Below are positions 15,806 to 29,311 of a DNA stretch of 64,000 nt, piece by piece. The DNA is from the human T2T-CHM13v2.0 reference genome, Homo sapiens. Position numbers and translations under genes: made by a program. The number at the start of each line of letters is the position of its first letter. Positions within the stretch are counted from its first letter, which is position 1. The notes beneath the pieces were generated by a model. The model ran no database searches. It saw only the letters and a program-made list of their open reading frames with translations, and was not told where the DNA came from. The stretch lies in the NCBI RefSeq assembly GCF_009914755.1, contig NC_060942.1. One strand, given 5' to 3'.

Positions 15806-16940
15806 TCAACATGTTGGAGTGAGCCACGGTCCCAGCTCTCGGCTGGTCATCCACCAGGCGGAAAGGTATGGGGCAATTTACCTGAAAAGCACCTATCACA
15901 CTGGGCACGGAGACTCAGCCTGAGAAATCAATCATGCAAGCATGAGTTTTCTAAGCCCCAGCACTCAGGATGGTTTATGACGGGGCCCATGGCAGCAGAA
16001 TAGAAACCGTTCATTGTTCCCCAGGATACTGAGGAAAACAAGACATTTGTCTCTCAACCAAACCACCTCCCATTTGTCTATGTCTTGGTACTGGTTGTTG
16101 CAGCCCACTCCATTACCCTACTGAGAGGGAGGCAACTCCCTGGCTACAGAGCCTGTAAAAGAAGCCAAGACACTAATTCCTCCATAGCCTCCCTGGCATG
16201 GAGTTCAGGCATCCCCAAACTGCAATACTCTCTGCTAATAGACCACCCCTCTCCCCAAGGCTGACGGAGGCAATGCTGTGGTCTCTCCCAAACCTTCTCT
16301 TACATCCTCCTTCCCAAAACACAAGATCTGACATTCCCATGAGACCTTGCTCTCAGTTGGCTATTAGCTAACACTAAAATGTTAGACGACAACTAGGCTG
16401 TTATTTTTCCCAAGGGCTTTGGTGCTGTGAATCTAGAACATAAGAAAACCATTGGAGACTCCAAGACATGAGCATGCAATGGTGAAATCCTAGGCATTAA
16501 TGACAGGGGGATTTGGGAACTCAGGGCTGCTGGAGTCCCTGAAATCAACCCGTTAACAGCCTCCCACTCCATCTGTCCAGCTGAGGTCACCCTGGCATGG
16601 AGACTGCAGAGGAGAAGGTTGAGAAGTAGGCCTGGGCAACGCATTCACAGGGCAGTGAAGTGTGGAGAGTCAGCAAGCCCTCGGCCATCTGAAAATCTTA
16701 CCTGTGCTCCCTTCATTCTCCACCACTTATCCACCCCCAGGCCCTCCCCAGCAGCAAAAGGAAACCATGACTTGTCATTTTGTTTCCACCTAAATACTTT
16801 CAGGGTATTAATAGATATTTCCAAATATAGCCAGTTTCTTTCAGCTTCAAACACTTCAGCCCAGTTTCAGAGTGAGATGTTGCTAAAAGGATAAGTCAGT
16901 CTGGTGGTGATTTTATTACTCTTTCTCTGAGCTCACAGGA

Positions 16941-16951
16941 GTGTGTGTGTG

Positions 16952-16990
<39 letters not shown>
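16941..16990. repeat. (GT)6 followed by (AC)n, including (AC)16
   Basis: Directly visible. Confidence 0.95.
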
Positions 16991-16992
<2 letters not shown>

Positions 16993-17923
16993 GATCCTAG
17001 CAGAAATTCTGATAAATAGACCTGGTTTGTCCTCCTCTCCAACAGAGTTAAAATAACAGCTCAGGTGAAGAAAGAAGCAGTGTGCATGCTCAGGCTCCAG
17101 TTCCTGATTTTTCCAAGTCCCCTGGGTCCTGAGTTGGCAAATGCCATCACTACATGTGTCAGCAAGACATAAGAACCCATTTTCTAAAAAAAAAAAAAAA
17201 AAAATGCATGCACTGTTAAGTGTTTGGGGGCAGGGAGGACTCTGGAGTGTTTGAGGCCTCCGCTTCTCTTCCGCCCAGCCATCAGCATCATCAGCACCAC
17301 TGTGTCTTTAATGGGCTCCTTTCAAAGTACAATACCCTCAACCTCACCATAAGACACATGCTGGCCAGGAAGGTGCAGAAGACCAGACAAGGGATTGGGT
17401 CAAAGTCACACAGCAGGTGGACGGCTAGACTTCTGGTTCCCAGCTCCCCCAGCACCATGCATGTGACAATGCAGTGTGCACACACCAACTTCTTCCTCTT
17501 CCCCTTTCCAGGCTCCTTCTCCTGGCCTGCCCCAGGGCTCGGCCCTCACTGTTTTCTTTATCCACACTCTCCCTAAAGGATCCCCTGCAGTTCCCTGGCT
17601 TTAAATTCTAGCTCTATGCTCTTATTCTCTGAATTCATTTCTCAAGGCCTAACTCTGCATTGAAAACCAAACACATCCCAACTAGACCTCCAGAGTCCAA
17701 CCTCGTCCCCACCCCTCAGCTCTCCCTCCCCAGGATCCCCATTTCAGTAAAGGGCATGACCTTCAACCCACCTATCAAAGGCAAAAGCCTGGGGCTTTCA
17801 GTTCTGGCCCTTTCTCTGTCTCTTATGGGCAAGGCCCATGAACTGTCCCTCCAGGGTCCTCTCTGGTGTACAATAAGCCCCGTCTCACCACCTTCACTGC
17901 CACCACTAAGGGCCAAGCTGCTA

Positions 17924-18367
17924 TGTGGTGAACTGAATTGTGTCCCCCCACCCCACCCCATTCATACATTTAAGTCCTAACCTCCGGTACCTCAGAATGT
18001 GACCTTATTTGGAAATAGGGTCATTGCAAATGTAACCAAATTAAAATAAGGTCATTAGGGTGACCCCTCATCTAATCTGACTGGTATCCTTATGAAAAGG
18101 GAAAATTTGGACACAGATATATATAGAGGAAGATGCTGTGAGGAGGCGCAGAGAGAAGGTGGCCAATCACAAGCCAGTGAACTCTGGAGGCTGCTGGGGT
18201 GAGGACATAGGCCCGGGTCAGATCCTTCCCTAGCGCCTTCTGAGGGGTGCAGCCTGGCTGACACCTTGATTTTGGACTTCTGGCCTCCGAAACTGTGAGA
18301 CATTATGTTTCTGTCATTTAAGCCACCCAGTCTGTGCACTTTGTTACAGCCCTGGAACATGAACACA
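17924..18367 (+). mobile_element. MLT1B/C-like ERVL-MaLR solo LTR
   Basis: tgaattgtgtcccc...ggtacctcagaatgtgaccttatttggaaataggg...gacaccttgattttggacttctggcctcc...tttgttacagc. Confidence 0.85.
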
Positions 18368-20233
18368 TGCCGTCATCAACTCCCCAAAATCTCCTACTGC
18401 TCTCCCCTCCTCCCTGGGCCCTGTCCTATCCCCAGAGGCCAGACAGGCCTTCCTCGCATGCAAGAGTCTCCCTCGCCCTGCCGGACAGTGGCCTCCATCT
18501 ACCTGCCTGTCTTGCTGGACTCCAGAACACTCCAGTCCTTTCCCCTGGTGCTCTCCTCTTCATTCCACAGGAGGCCAGCCTCAACATCCCTCTGCAGGCA
18601 GGCCTTTCCCATTTCTAGCCCCGGCTCCAGCCCCTGCACCGTTGTGTGTTTCCTCCACGCCACTCTTCACAGTGTGTCATTCTGGCTTTATTCACTTGCT
18701 TTTAGTCTAGTTTCCCTCTAGACTATAAACTCCATGAGGACAGGGAGTAAGTATATAGTAGGTATAAATATATTTTGAGTAGATAGGAATAAAACAATGC
18801 AAGCTCTTCCATCTGGCATCCAGCCAGTCAGCCTCTGATCCAGGATGGGGGTGAAAACGCCAGTAATGACTTGAAGCGAGGCTGTACTCTTCCCCCACAC
18901 CCCGCTTCCCCCGTGGCTTAGGAGAATGAGGGTTCACACTCCACCCTCTCCCACCCCAGCCTTCTCACTCCTTCCCCACATGCCAGGCGCCCCTTGCCAA
19001 CCTCTGGATGAGCCACCCCTCAGCCCCTTGCTCATGCCTCATGCCATTTCTTCAGCCTAGGTGGCCCACCCTCCCTTTTCCTCTCCCTCTGTCCACTCTC
19101 TGACCTCCCTTCCAGGCCCAGGTGCACTTCCATCTCTTCCTGGAAGCCTGCCTGGCCTGCCCTCTGTTAGTGCCACTCACTTGGAGCTGCCTGCATTATT
19201 ACTTACCTTTTCAATGTAATTCCTTGTAATACAAACAGTGCTATATGTAGAAGACTGTAGAGCTCTTTGTCATTGACAAAATCTGTTTCACAATCATTGA
19301 CCTATGGAGCCCTCCCAGTGGCCCTCCGTGGCTGGGAAACTACTGGGCCTGGGTTGGTGGGGTGCTAAGTAATTCAGCTGCAGCAGATGTGTGCCTGTGT
19401 GTGTGCGCCTGTAGGCACAGGCATGCATGTGAGTACATCTGCGTTCATGGTAAGAGGAAGAGCAACACACTCATTACTGGGCAGCTGTGCAACTCACCCT
19501 CATCCACTCAAAGGAGGGCTGTCCTCAGTGTAGCTACCCTTGAGGAGCCCTGGACCAGCCCTAATAAAGTGGACACATAGCAACTCATCTCTACATACAG
19601 AACTCAGCCTTGGAACTGAGATTTGCAGAGCCGGGTCAGTCCAAGGCCCCAAGTCAATCATACAGTGTGAATCCTCCAGACATTGCCACATAAAATGTGG
19701 AGAGCCACCATGATGACATGAAAAACACTGGTATTGCTCATTCTAAAATCTCTCTATCAGGGACTTCTTTAAGTCAATGGGAGCCCAAATGCTTAAGCAA
19801 AAAGAGAAAGGAAACTTTATCTCATGAATAAATTGCAGAAAGGAAAACAAGGTAAGATACCTTGAAAAGAAGTTAACAGGGAAGAGGTATGGTCAGAAAG
19901 TTATTTAAATTAAAAAAAACCTTTTGATTTAAAAGTTTAATTCAATCTGCAACTAACTCTCTGAACTAACTTTCACCTAAATTCAGGAATTGCCAAATTT
20001 TATCATGAACAAGCACCCACATTTTGGTGCTTAAATAGAGGAAACTAGCAGCACACCGGAACACACCACAGTGGTGTTCATCACGGTGGTAGGGGTTGAG
20101 AAGGGAATGTGATGCTCAGGTCTAAGCACCACCAGCGAGGTCACCTCTTTCTTGCACCAGCTATAGCCTTAAGCCACTGTTTTGCTTGCTGGTCATGGTA
20201 GTAGGGCTGGGTCTTCCCAAAACACAGGGATCA

Positions 20234-20518
<285 letters not shown>

Positions 20519-22120
20519 TCAGAAAATCCAGAGCTGATGGGTTAGGCAACTCCTCTTTCACACATGGGACAGGAGCTACCTATAAAGCACAGCTCACACC
20601 CACCCCCAATTTCTTCCACTGGAATATCATCCAATGTCAAGTTTCCAGCTCTCCTTTCAAAAGGCAGCTTCCTCTGGGAAAATAAACAAGTTAAGCTGTT
20701 GTCAGTCACCAATCATTTATCATGAGCTAATTCCTTGGCAAATCTCCTCTGGCTCCTTGCTCTAGAGGGATACTGGGCCCCTTCCAAGGAGGGAAATGAT
20801 TAGAATTGATTACGGGGACTAAGTAGCCTTGCTAATTGTATAGTTTTGCTCACCACTGAGGCAGCATAACAGTAGGGGCAACAGAGTTTCCAAGTGTACA
20901 TGAGCACACCTGGGAGCCTTCAGGGACAGAAACACTGAAGGTGGGATTGATGGACAAAGGCGTCAGAAGATGTAGGAGTAAAGAGTAGGGAAGGCTGGAG
21001 AGAAAGGTGGGTGGGTGGGAAGGAGAGAGGAAATTTAAAAAGCTATGTGAAGTAAAGGCATCGCTACCTCCTCTCCTCAAATGAACCTGAGTCCACCCAC
21101 AACATCCTGCTCAGATTATTTTTGCCACTGCAGCCTTCAAATGGCCATGATCCCAAGAATCGAGCCAGCCTGGATTGGCCTCAGAGAGAGGCCTTCACTG
21201 GAATTCCAGGGCTTTCCCTGACCTCACCAAGGAAGTGGTGGCAGAGGAAGGAGATAGAGCAGTTGTCTGCAAATCCCCTTCACCCTGCTGAGCTCCCTTG
21301 GCCTCACTTCACTGCAACAACGACTCTGTACTCAGCATCCACTGTGTGCTGTGGGCCAGATCTGACCTCAGAGACGGTACATCCACTGCCCCTAATGCTC
21401 ACAACAGCCCACCACAGGTAGGCATCCTTTCCCCATTTCAGGCATGAGGAAACTGAGGCTCAGGAGAATGAAGCAGGTAGCCCAAGGCTGGGTTTGCCTC
21501 AAACTTGCCTAGCTCTTTCCCCACTGCTTCCACAGCCTCCTCCCCAGAACACCCATGTGATGGCTGGGGAAACAGGGGGAACACCCAACACAACTGTAAT
21601 GAGGCTAGCAACAGAAGCAAGTTCTCCCACCCCATCTTTAGGGTCTTTCTTGATTTCTCTTTCCTAAAGGTCATGAACAAGATGCCTGCAATGGTCAGGC
21701 CATAGGGGAGAATGCCAAGTTCCCACATTGGCCCCTGGGGGCCCAGCTTTCTCCAGCCCAGGTCCTCTAGTCCACAGTGCCCGGCATCTTTCCCTCTCCG
21801 CCCACCCCTGAGGTAAGAAAGATGCTGCTGCTGCTTCCCAGTGTCCTTCTGTTCTGCTCTCTTCTCAAAGCTCAGGGGTGGGGGAGAACCATAATCCCTC
21901 TAAGGTGGCTCTTCAACTCCCTGCTGTACAGTCCCAGGAGTCCAACAGGTGTCCATGCATATTAGTGAATCAGGGCGGGCCAGATACTCAGGAACCAAAT
22001 ACACTAGGCATTGCTGTGCCCTCCCAGTGGCTCTGCTGGGATTCCCCAGTTCCCCGCCCCCTTACCCAGAGTGAGGCTCCTGATGGCTGAGGCCCCAGGA
22101 CCAGCATCAGCTCAACTTTA

Positions 22121-22375
<255 letters not shown>

Positions 22376-23107
22376 TCATTGCTGACAGCCCCCTGCTTCC
22401 CATCCCTAGCCCTGCTGCTCCCACTTCTAAGCTCTGATTCCTCCTCTCCTTCTAGTTCTCATCTGGGCTGACCTTCCCCCTTCCTCCCAACTATCTAAAT
22501 CCTACCACACACCAATCAAGAGCTGAGTCATCCCCAAGTCTCTTGGCCTAGGCCCTTGGTCATTATAGGTATATGGATTCCATTTAAATCCATGGGATCA
22601 AATGAGACAGACCAGAGGTTCCCAATCCTGTCAATTATCAGTATCCTCTGGGAAACTTTTATAAGAATTCAGATTCCTGAGCCCTGCTTCAGGTTTCTCA
22701 ACTCTGAATTTCCAGAGCTCAGTCTACTAAACGTGAATTGCTTCCAAGCTTTCTTGGGGGACTCTGATGGAGCTGGCCAGTGCTTGGGGACCACTGGTCT
22801 AACCCAAACATGTTTGCCCTCAATTCCATCCATCCCAGTAAACCTTTTGCCTTAGGTTGTTCTCCAACTTCTATGTGTTCTCAAGAAAGATAACTTTTCT
22901 CCATGAACAAGAATTGTGTCTTCTCTTCAGAACTCCCACTGATAAGGACATGCCAGTAAGCAGAGAGAAAGGCATGAAATGCAGTCACTGTGGGAAGGGC
23001 AGCAACTTCTTCCCATGTTGAAAATGTACTGTGGAGGGGGTAGACCTGCATCCCTGCATGCCCAGCCCTCCTTCTCACTTAAAATAAGCTGAAAAGTAAA
23101 ATGTACC

Positions 23108-24185
23108 CATTCACTCACTTATTCACCCCAAATCGGTTTACTGAAGCCTAGTAGGTGCCAGGCACCATTAACAGTACAGGAATTCTGATATTAGAGTTAA
23201 GAGTAAAAGTAGAGAGGAGCAATGCAAAGTAAAATCATAAATTATGAATAAGAAAATGTTTTTGTTGTATCTGTAACTAAGATAACACAGTGGAGGGACA
23301 TCTTGGAGTGGTAAGGAGTGGAGTGAGGGAATATAAATTATTTAGAGATGCAGAAAAGGTGACTGCAAAGAGGTAATGTGTGAGCTATAAAGTTAGATAA
23401 TTCTGGCAAGTGCAAAGGCCCCTGTGTGTGGATGCCTGATGTATGTTCCAGGAGCAGAGAGAAGGCCAATATGGCTGGAGTAGAAGGAATGGGAAGGAAT
23501 ATGAGATAAGGCTCGGAGGTGGACAGGAGCTGGATACATGGGGTGTAGCGGGTCAAGGTAAGAAGTGTGGCTTCCTTTTTATTTTTAATTTTTATTTTTG
23601 TACAGTGGAAAGCCATTGGAGGGCTTCAAGCAAGGAAGTAACTTGATCTGGTCTATGTTTTAAAGAGCACTCTGGCTGCCATGAAGAATTGATTATATAG
23701 AAAGAAGGAGTAGAATCAAAGAGGTCAGTTAGCAGAATAATTACAGTAGTCTAGAAGAGAGGATGGTGCCTAGGACTGGAGGTGCAACAGAAGTGGAGAA
23801 AAGTCAACAGATTAGCAATATAGTTTGGATGCTAAGTCTAAAATGTACTGTTTTGGACAAAATAGTTCTTGGTGATGGATCAGATAGGTAACTGCAGAAA
23901 AGAGAGAAGTTGCAGGTGACTCCCAGGTTTTTGGCTTGGGCAATTAGATGGATAGAGTTGCCAATAAGGAGTAGGGGAGTCTTGGGGGAAGGATAGGTTT
24001 GGAGATGGAAATCAATGGTTCATTTGAGCTGTCTATTAGATGTTCAAAACTGAGGTCAAGATGGCAGCTGAATATGTGTCTGGAGGGTCAGGATTGGTGA
24101 TATGACTTTGGTCATCATAGGTATATGGAGTCCATTTAAAGCCATGGGATCAAATGAAATACCCTATGGTGAAGATATAGACAAG
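23108..24185 (-). mobile_element. L2 LINE fragment
   Basis: Reverse L2 3' end (cattcactcacttattca...) and typical L2 body (gggaagccattggagg, tgactcccaggtttttggcttgggcaa). Confidence 0.75.
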
Positions 24186-25226
24186 GACTGAAAGAATATT
24201 TGAACAAATAATGGTCAAAACTTCCCAAATTTGATTTTAAAAGCATTAATATACACATTCAACATGTTCAACAAACTCCAAATTATGATAAATTCAAAGA
24301 GATCTACACCTAGACATATTATAGTCAAACTGTTGAGAGCCAAAGATGAAGAGAGAATCTTGAAAGGAGTAGCACAAAAGTTATTCATTACATATAAGGG
24401 ATGCTCAATACAATTAACAGCTGACTTCTCATCAGAAACTATAGAGGCCAGAAAGCAGTGGGATGATATATTCAATGTGCAGATCATTAACCAAGAATTT
24501 TAAATCCACAAAAGCTACCTTTCAAGAATTAAGAAGAAATTAGGGTATTCCCAGAATATAAAATACTACAAGAATTAATCACTAGCATATCTGTCAAGAA
24601 ATATTAAAGAAACCTTCATGTTAGACATTAAACAGTAACTTGAAATCACCTGATAGATAGAATAAAGAGTACCAGAAAAAGCAATGACATAAGTAAATAC
24701 ATAGAAAATATGCAAGTATTTTTTGTTTGTGAATCTTTTCTTCTCATATCTCATATTACTGCATAAAGCAGTAAATATAGAGCTGCACCACTAGTGAGTT
24801 TATAATATGTAAAGATGCAATTTATATTACAATAATAGCATGAAGGAAGGGGAAGAGAACAAACCTATATTGGAACAAAGTTTTTGTATACTACTGAAAT
24901 TGTTAATATTAATCTGAACTAGATTATTTTAAATTAAGATGGTAATTGTAATTTTCTGGGCAACCACTAAGAAAATCACCCCAAAAATATGATTAAAAAA
25001 ACAATGAGGGACCAAAAATGGTACTCTGTAAAAAATATAAAAGCAGTAAAGAAAGCAGTAAGAATATAAAAATGTATAAGACATATAAGTAGTAAGAAAC
25101 AAAAAAGATATGACATACAAAATATAGTTAGCAAAATGGCAAATGTCAATCTGAACATATCAGTAATTGCATTAAATGTATTACATTAAATTTAATTAGA
25201 CTAAACATTTCCATCAAAAGCCGGAG

Positions 25227-25613
25227 TGTGGTGGCCATTCTGCAGAAACAGGGTGAATCCACCCACCCCAAATTTACTCAGCTATCAAGGCTGATGATAC
25301 TACACATACATTAAGAGCCAGATTCTATTATTTACATAATGAGGAGTTCTTGGGAGAGCTTGGCAGGCTCTTGAGCAGGTCCAATAATAGCTTGGGACAG
25401 CAGGGAGATTAGGATTTTATGGTGGTTAGGGAGTGAGACTGAGGTGGTGGTTCCTTTGAATGATCAGGGCTTGTATGGCTTAAACTTTCCACCAGTGTTA
25501 AGGAAGGCTTTCTTATCAGCTGGCCTATAAATGAGGCAAAAAGGAAGACAGGAGTAGTGTAGTTTAAAACCTGCCAGTAGTCAAACATCAAAACGGAATC
25601 AGACTCTGTTACA
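25227..25613 (-). mobile_element. ERVL LTR, MER76-like, nested in L1
   Basis: Ends in gtcaaacatcaaaacggaatcagactctgttaca, the reverse of the recalled MER76 5' end. Confidence 0.55.
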
Positions 25614-25779
25614 CAGAGATTGGCAAAATGGATAATGGATCTAACTATCTTCTATCAACAAAATACACATTTTTCTATTCAAAGTCACAAAAAGGGTGAA
25701 AATAAAAAGATTACCCATAAAACTGGCTCAAGAAAAAATAGACAATCTAAATAGACATATAAAAAGTGAAAAGATTGAT

Positions 25780-27105
25780 TAAACTGCTAGAAGAAAACAG
25801 AGGAAATTCTTCACAACTTTAGGCTGGGCAAGAATTCTTTAAGACTTCAAAAGCATAGGCAGAAAAAGCAAAAATAGACAAATAATATTACGTCAAACTT
25901 TTGCCCAAACAAAAACTTTTGCACAGCAAAGACAACTATTAGCAGAATGAAGATACAACATACATAATAAAAGAAAATATTTGCAAATTATACATCTGAC
26001 AAGGGGTTAATATTTAGAATATATAAGAAAATTAAATGACTCAACAGCAAAAACAAACAAGCAAACTAATAACTCGATTAAGAAATTGGCTAAAGACCTT
26101 AACAGACATTTCTCAAAAGAAGACATACAAATGGTTTAACAGACAGATGAAAAAAAAAGTTCAACATCACTAATCATCAGGGAAATGCAAATCGAAACCA
26201 TAGTGAAATATACCATCTTGCTCTAGTTAGAATGGCCATCATCAAAAAAACAAAAGAAGTGTTGGCAAGGATGCAGAGAAAAGGGAACACTTGCACACTA
26301 TGGGTAAGAGTGCAAACTAGTATGGCCATTATGAAAAACAGTATGGAGATTCCTCAAAAAAGTTAAAAATAGAAGAACCACATGATCCAATAATCCCATT
26401 ACTGGGTATATATCCAAAAAAAAAATGAAAACAGTATGTTGACAAGATATCTGTACTCTCATGTTTATTGCATCATCACTACTTACAATAGCCAAGATAT
26501 AGAATCAACCTAAGTGTCCAACAATGGATGAACGGATAAAGAAAATATGGTATACATACACAATGCAATACGATTCAGCCACAAAAAAAGGAATAAAATC
26601 CTGTCACTTGCAACAACATAGATGAACCTGGAGAACATCAGGTTAAGTGAAATAAGCCAGACGCAGAAAGACCAATACCAGTGATTTCACCCATGTGGAA
26701 TATTTTAAAAAAAAGAGAGAGAGAGATAAGTCGATGTCATAGAGGCAGGGAATTGAATAATATTTTTACAAGAGTAGTTACAAGAGACTGGGGAAAGGAG
26801 GGGGGAGGAGAGGATGGGGAGAAGTTGATCAATGGGTACAAAGTTACAATTAAATGAGAGGAATAAGTTCTGATGTTCTATTATACAGTATAATGTCTAT
26901 AGTTAACAATAAAGACTTGTATATCACAAAATAGCTAGAAGAAATGCTTTTGAACATTCTCACCATAAAGAAATGATAAATGCATGAGGTGATGGATAGG
27001 CTAACAACACTGATTGGATCATGATACAACATAAATTTGTCTCAAAATGTTAAATTGTACTCCATAAATACATACAATTACAATATGTCCATTAAAAATA
27101 AAATT
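25780..27105 (+). mobile_element. L1MA-like 3' fragment nested in the older L1
   Basis: ORF2 C-terminus plus L1MA 3' UTR; flanking duplication aagtgaaaagat at ~25764 and ~27117. Confidence 0.8.
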
Positions 27106-28992
27106 CCAAATCTTTTAAGTGAAAAGATGAATTAGTAATTTAAAAAAAACCTAGCCAGAAAGAAAAGCCTATGCCCAGATGTTTTTATTACTGAATTCTA
27201 TCAAACACTCAGAGAAGAAATAATACTAATACTTCTCCAACTCTTCCAAAAATAGAAGAGGAGGGAACATTTCCCAACTCATTTTCTGAGGCCAGCATTA
27301 TCCTGGTACCAAAACTGACAAAGACGTCATAAGAAAACTACAGACCAATATCTCTTATGAATATGGATGCAAAAATCTTCAACAAAATATTCACAAAAAG
27401 AATCCAGCGACATATCAAAAGAATTATACATCATGACAATGTAGGATTTATCCCAGAGATACAAATTGGCTTAACTGCTGAAAATCAATTAATGTAATTT
27501 ATCAAATTAATAGAATAAAAAGCAAAAATCACATTATTATCTCAATAAATGTAGAAAAAGCATTTGACAAAATCTAACACCCTTTCATGATTAAAAAAAC
27601 CCATCAACAAACTAGGAATGAAAAGGAAATTCATCAACCCATAAACGTTAGCTATAAAACACCCACAGCTAACATCATAGTTAATCATGAAAGACTGGAC
27701 AGGACACTTTCCCCTTAAGATCAGAAACGAGTCATCTCTTGTATTCAATGTGGTGCTGGAGATTTCAGCCAAGGCAAGTAGGCAAGCAAATATATAAAAA
27801 GATCTAAATTGGAAAGGAAGAAGTATCTTATTCATGGGTGACATAACTATGTATTTATAAAATCATAAGGAATTCACTAAAAAACTATTAGAATAAATGA
27901 CTTCAGCAAAGTTGTAGAGTACAAGATCAATATACCAAAATCGACTATATTTCTATTCTTTTGCAATGAATAGTCTGAAAGTGAAATTAAGACAACAGTT
28001 CTATTTGCAACAGCATCAAAAAGAATAAAATATTTAGAAGTAAATTTAAGAAAACAAGTGAAAAACATACACTCTGGAAACCACAAAATATTTTTGAAAG
28101 AAAATAGAGATCTAAATAAATGGAAAAACATCTCATGTTCATGAATTGGAAGACCTAACATTATTAAGATGGCAATACTCCCCAAACTGGTCTATAGATT
28201 CAATGTAGCCCCTAACAGAACTCAGCTGACTTATTTGTAGAAATTGACAAGCTGATTCTAAAATTCATATAGAACTGCAAGGGACCCAGAATAGCCAAAA
28301 CAACCCTGAGAATGAATAATCAAGGAGAAGAACAAGTGTTGACAAGGATGTAGAAAAATTGGAACTCTCACACATTACTAATAAGAATTTAAAATGGTAC
28401 AGCTATTTTGATAGTTTGGCAGTTTCTCAAAAAGTGAACCAAAGAGCTACCAAATGACCCAGCAAATTCACTCTTAGGTATATGCTCAAGAGAACTGAAA
28501 ATATGTCTGCATAAAAACTTGTACATGGATGTTTATGGCAGCATTATTTACATAACCAAAAAGTAGAAACAACATAAATGCTCTTTAACAGTTGAATTTG
28601 GTACATCGATACAATGGACTATATTATTCAGCAATAAAAAGAACGGAGTACTGATAATGCTACAATATGGATGAATCTTGAAAACATTATGTTAATTGAA
28701 ATAAACTAAATTTAAAAAGGTCACATATTGTATGACTCTATATATGAAATATCCAGATTAGGCCAATCTGTGGAGACAAAAAGTAGATTAGTGGTTGTCA
28801 GAGGCAGAGGGGTAAAGTGGGGAAATGGGAATGACTGCTAACGGGTATGGGTTTTCTTTTTGGGGGAGATGAAAATGTTCTGGAATTTGATAGTGGTGAT
28901 GGATGCACGATTTTATTAATATACTAAAAGCCATTGACTTGTACACTTTAAATGGGTAAATTGTATGGCACATGAATCATATCTTAATATAG

Positions 28993-29311
<319 letters not shown>

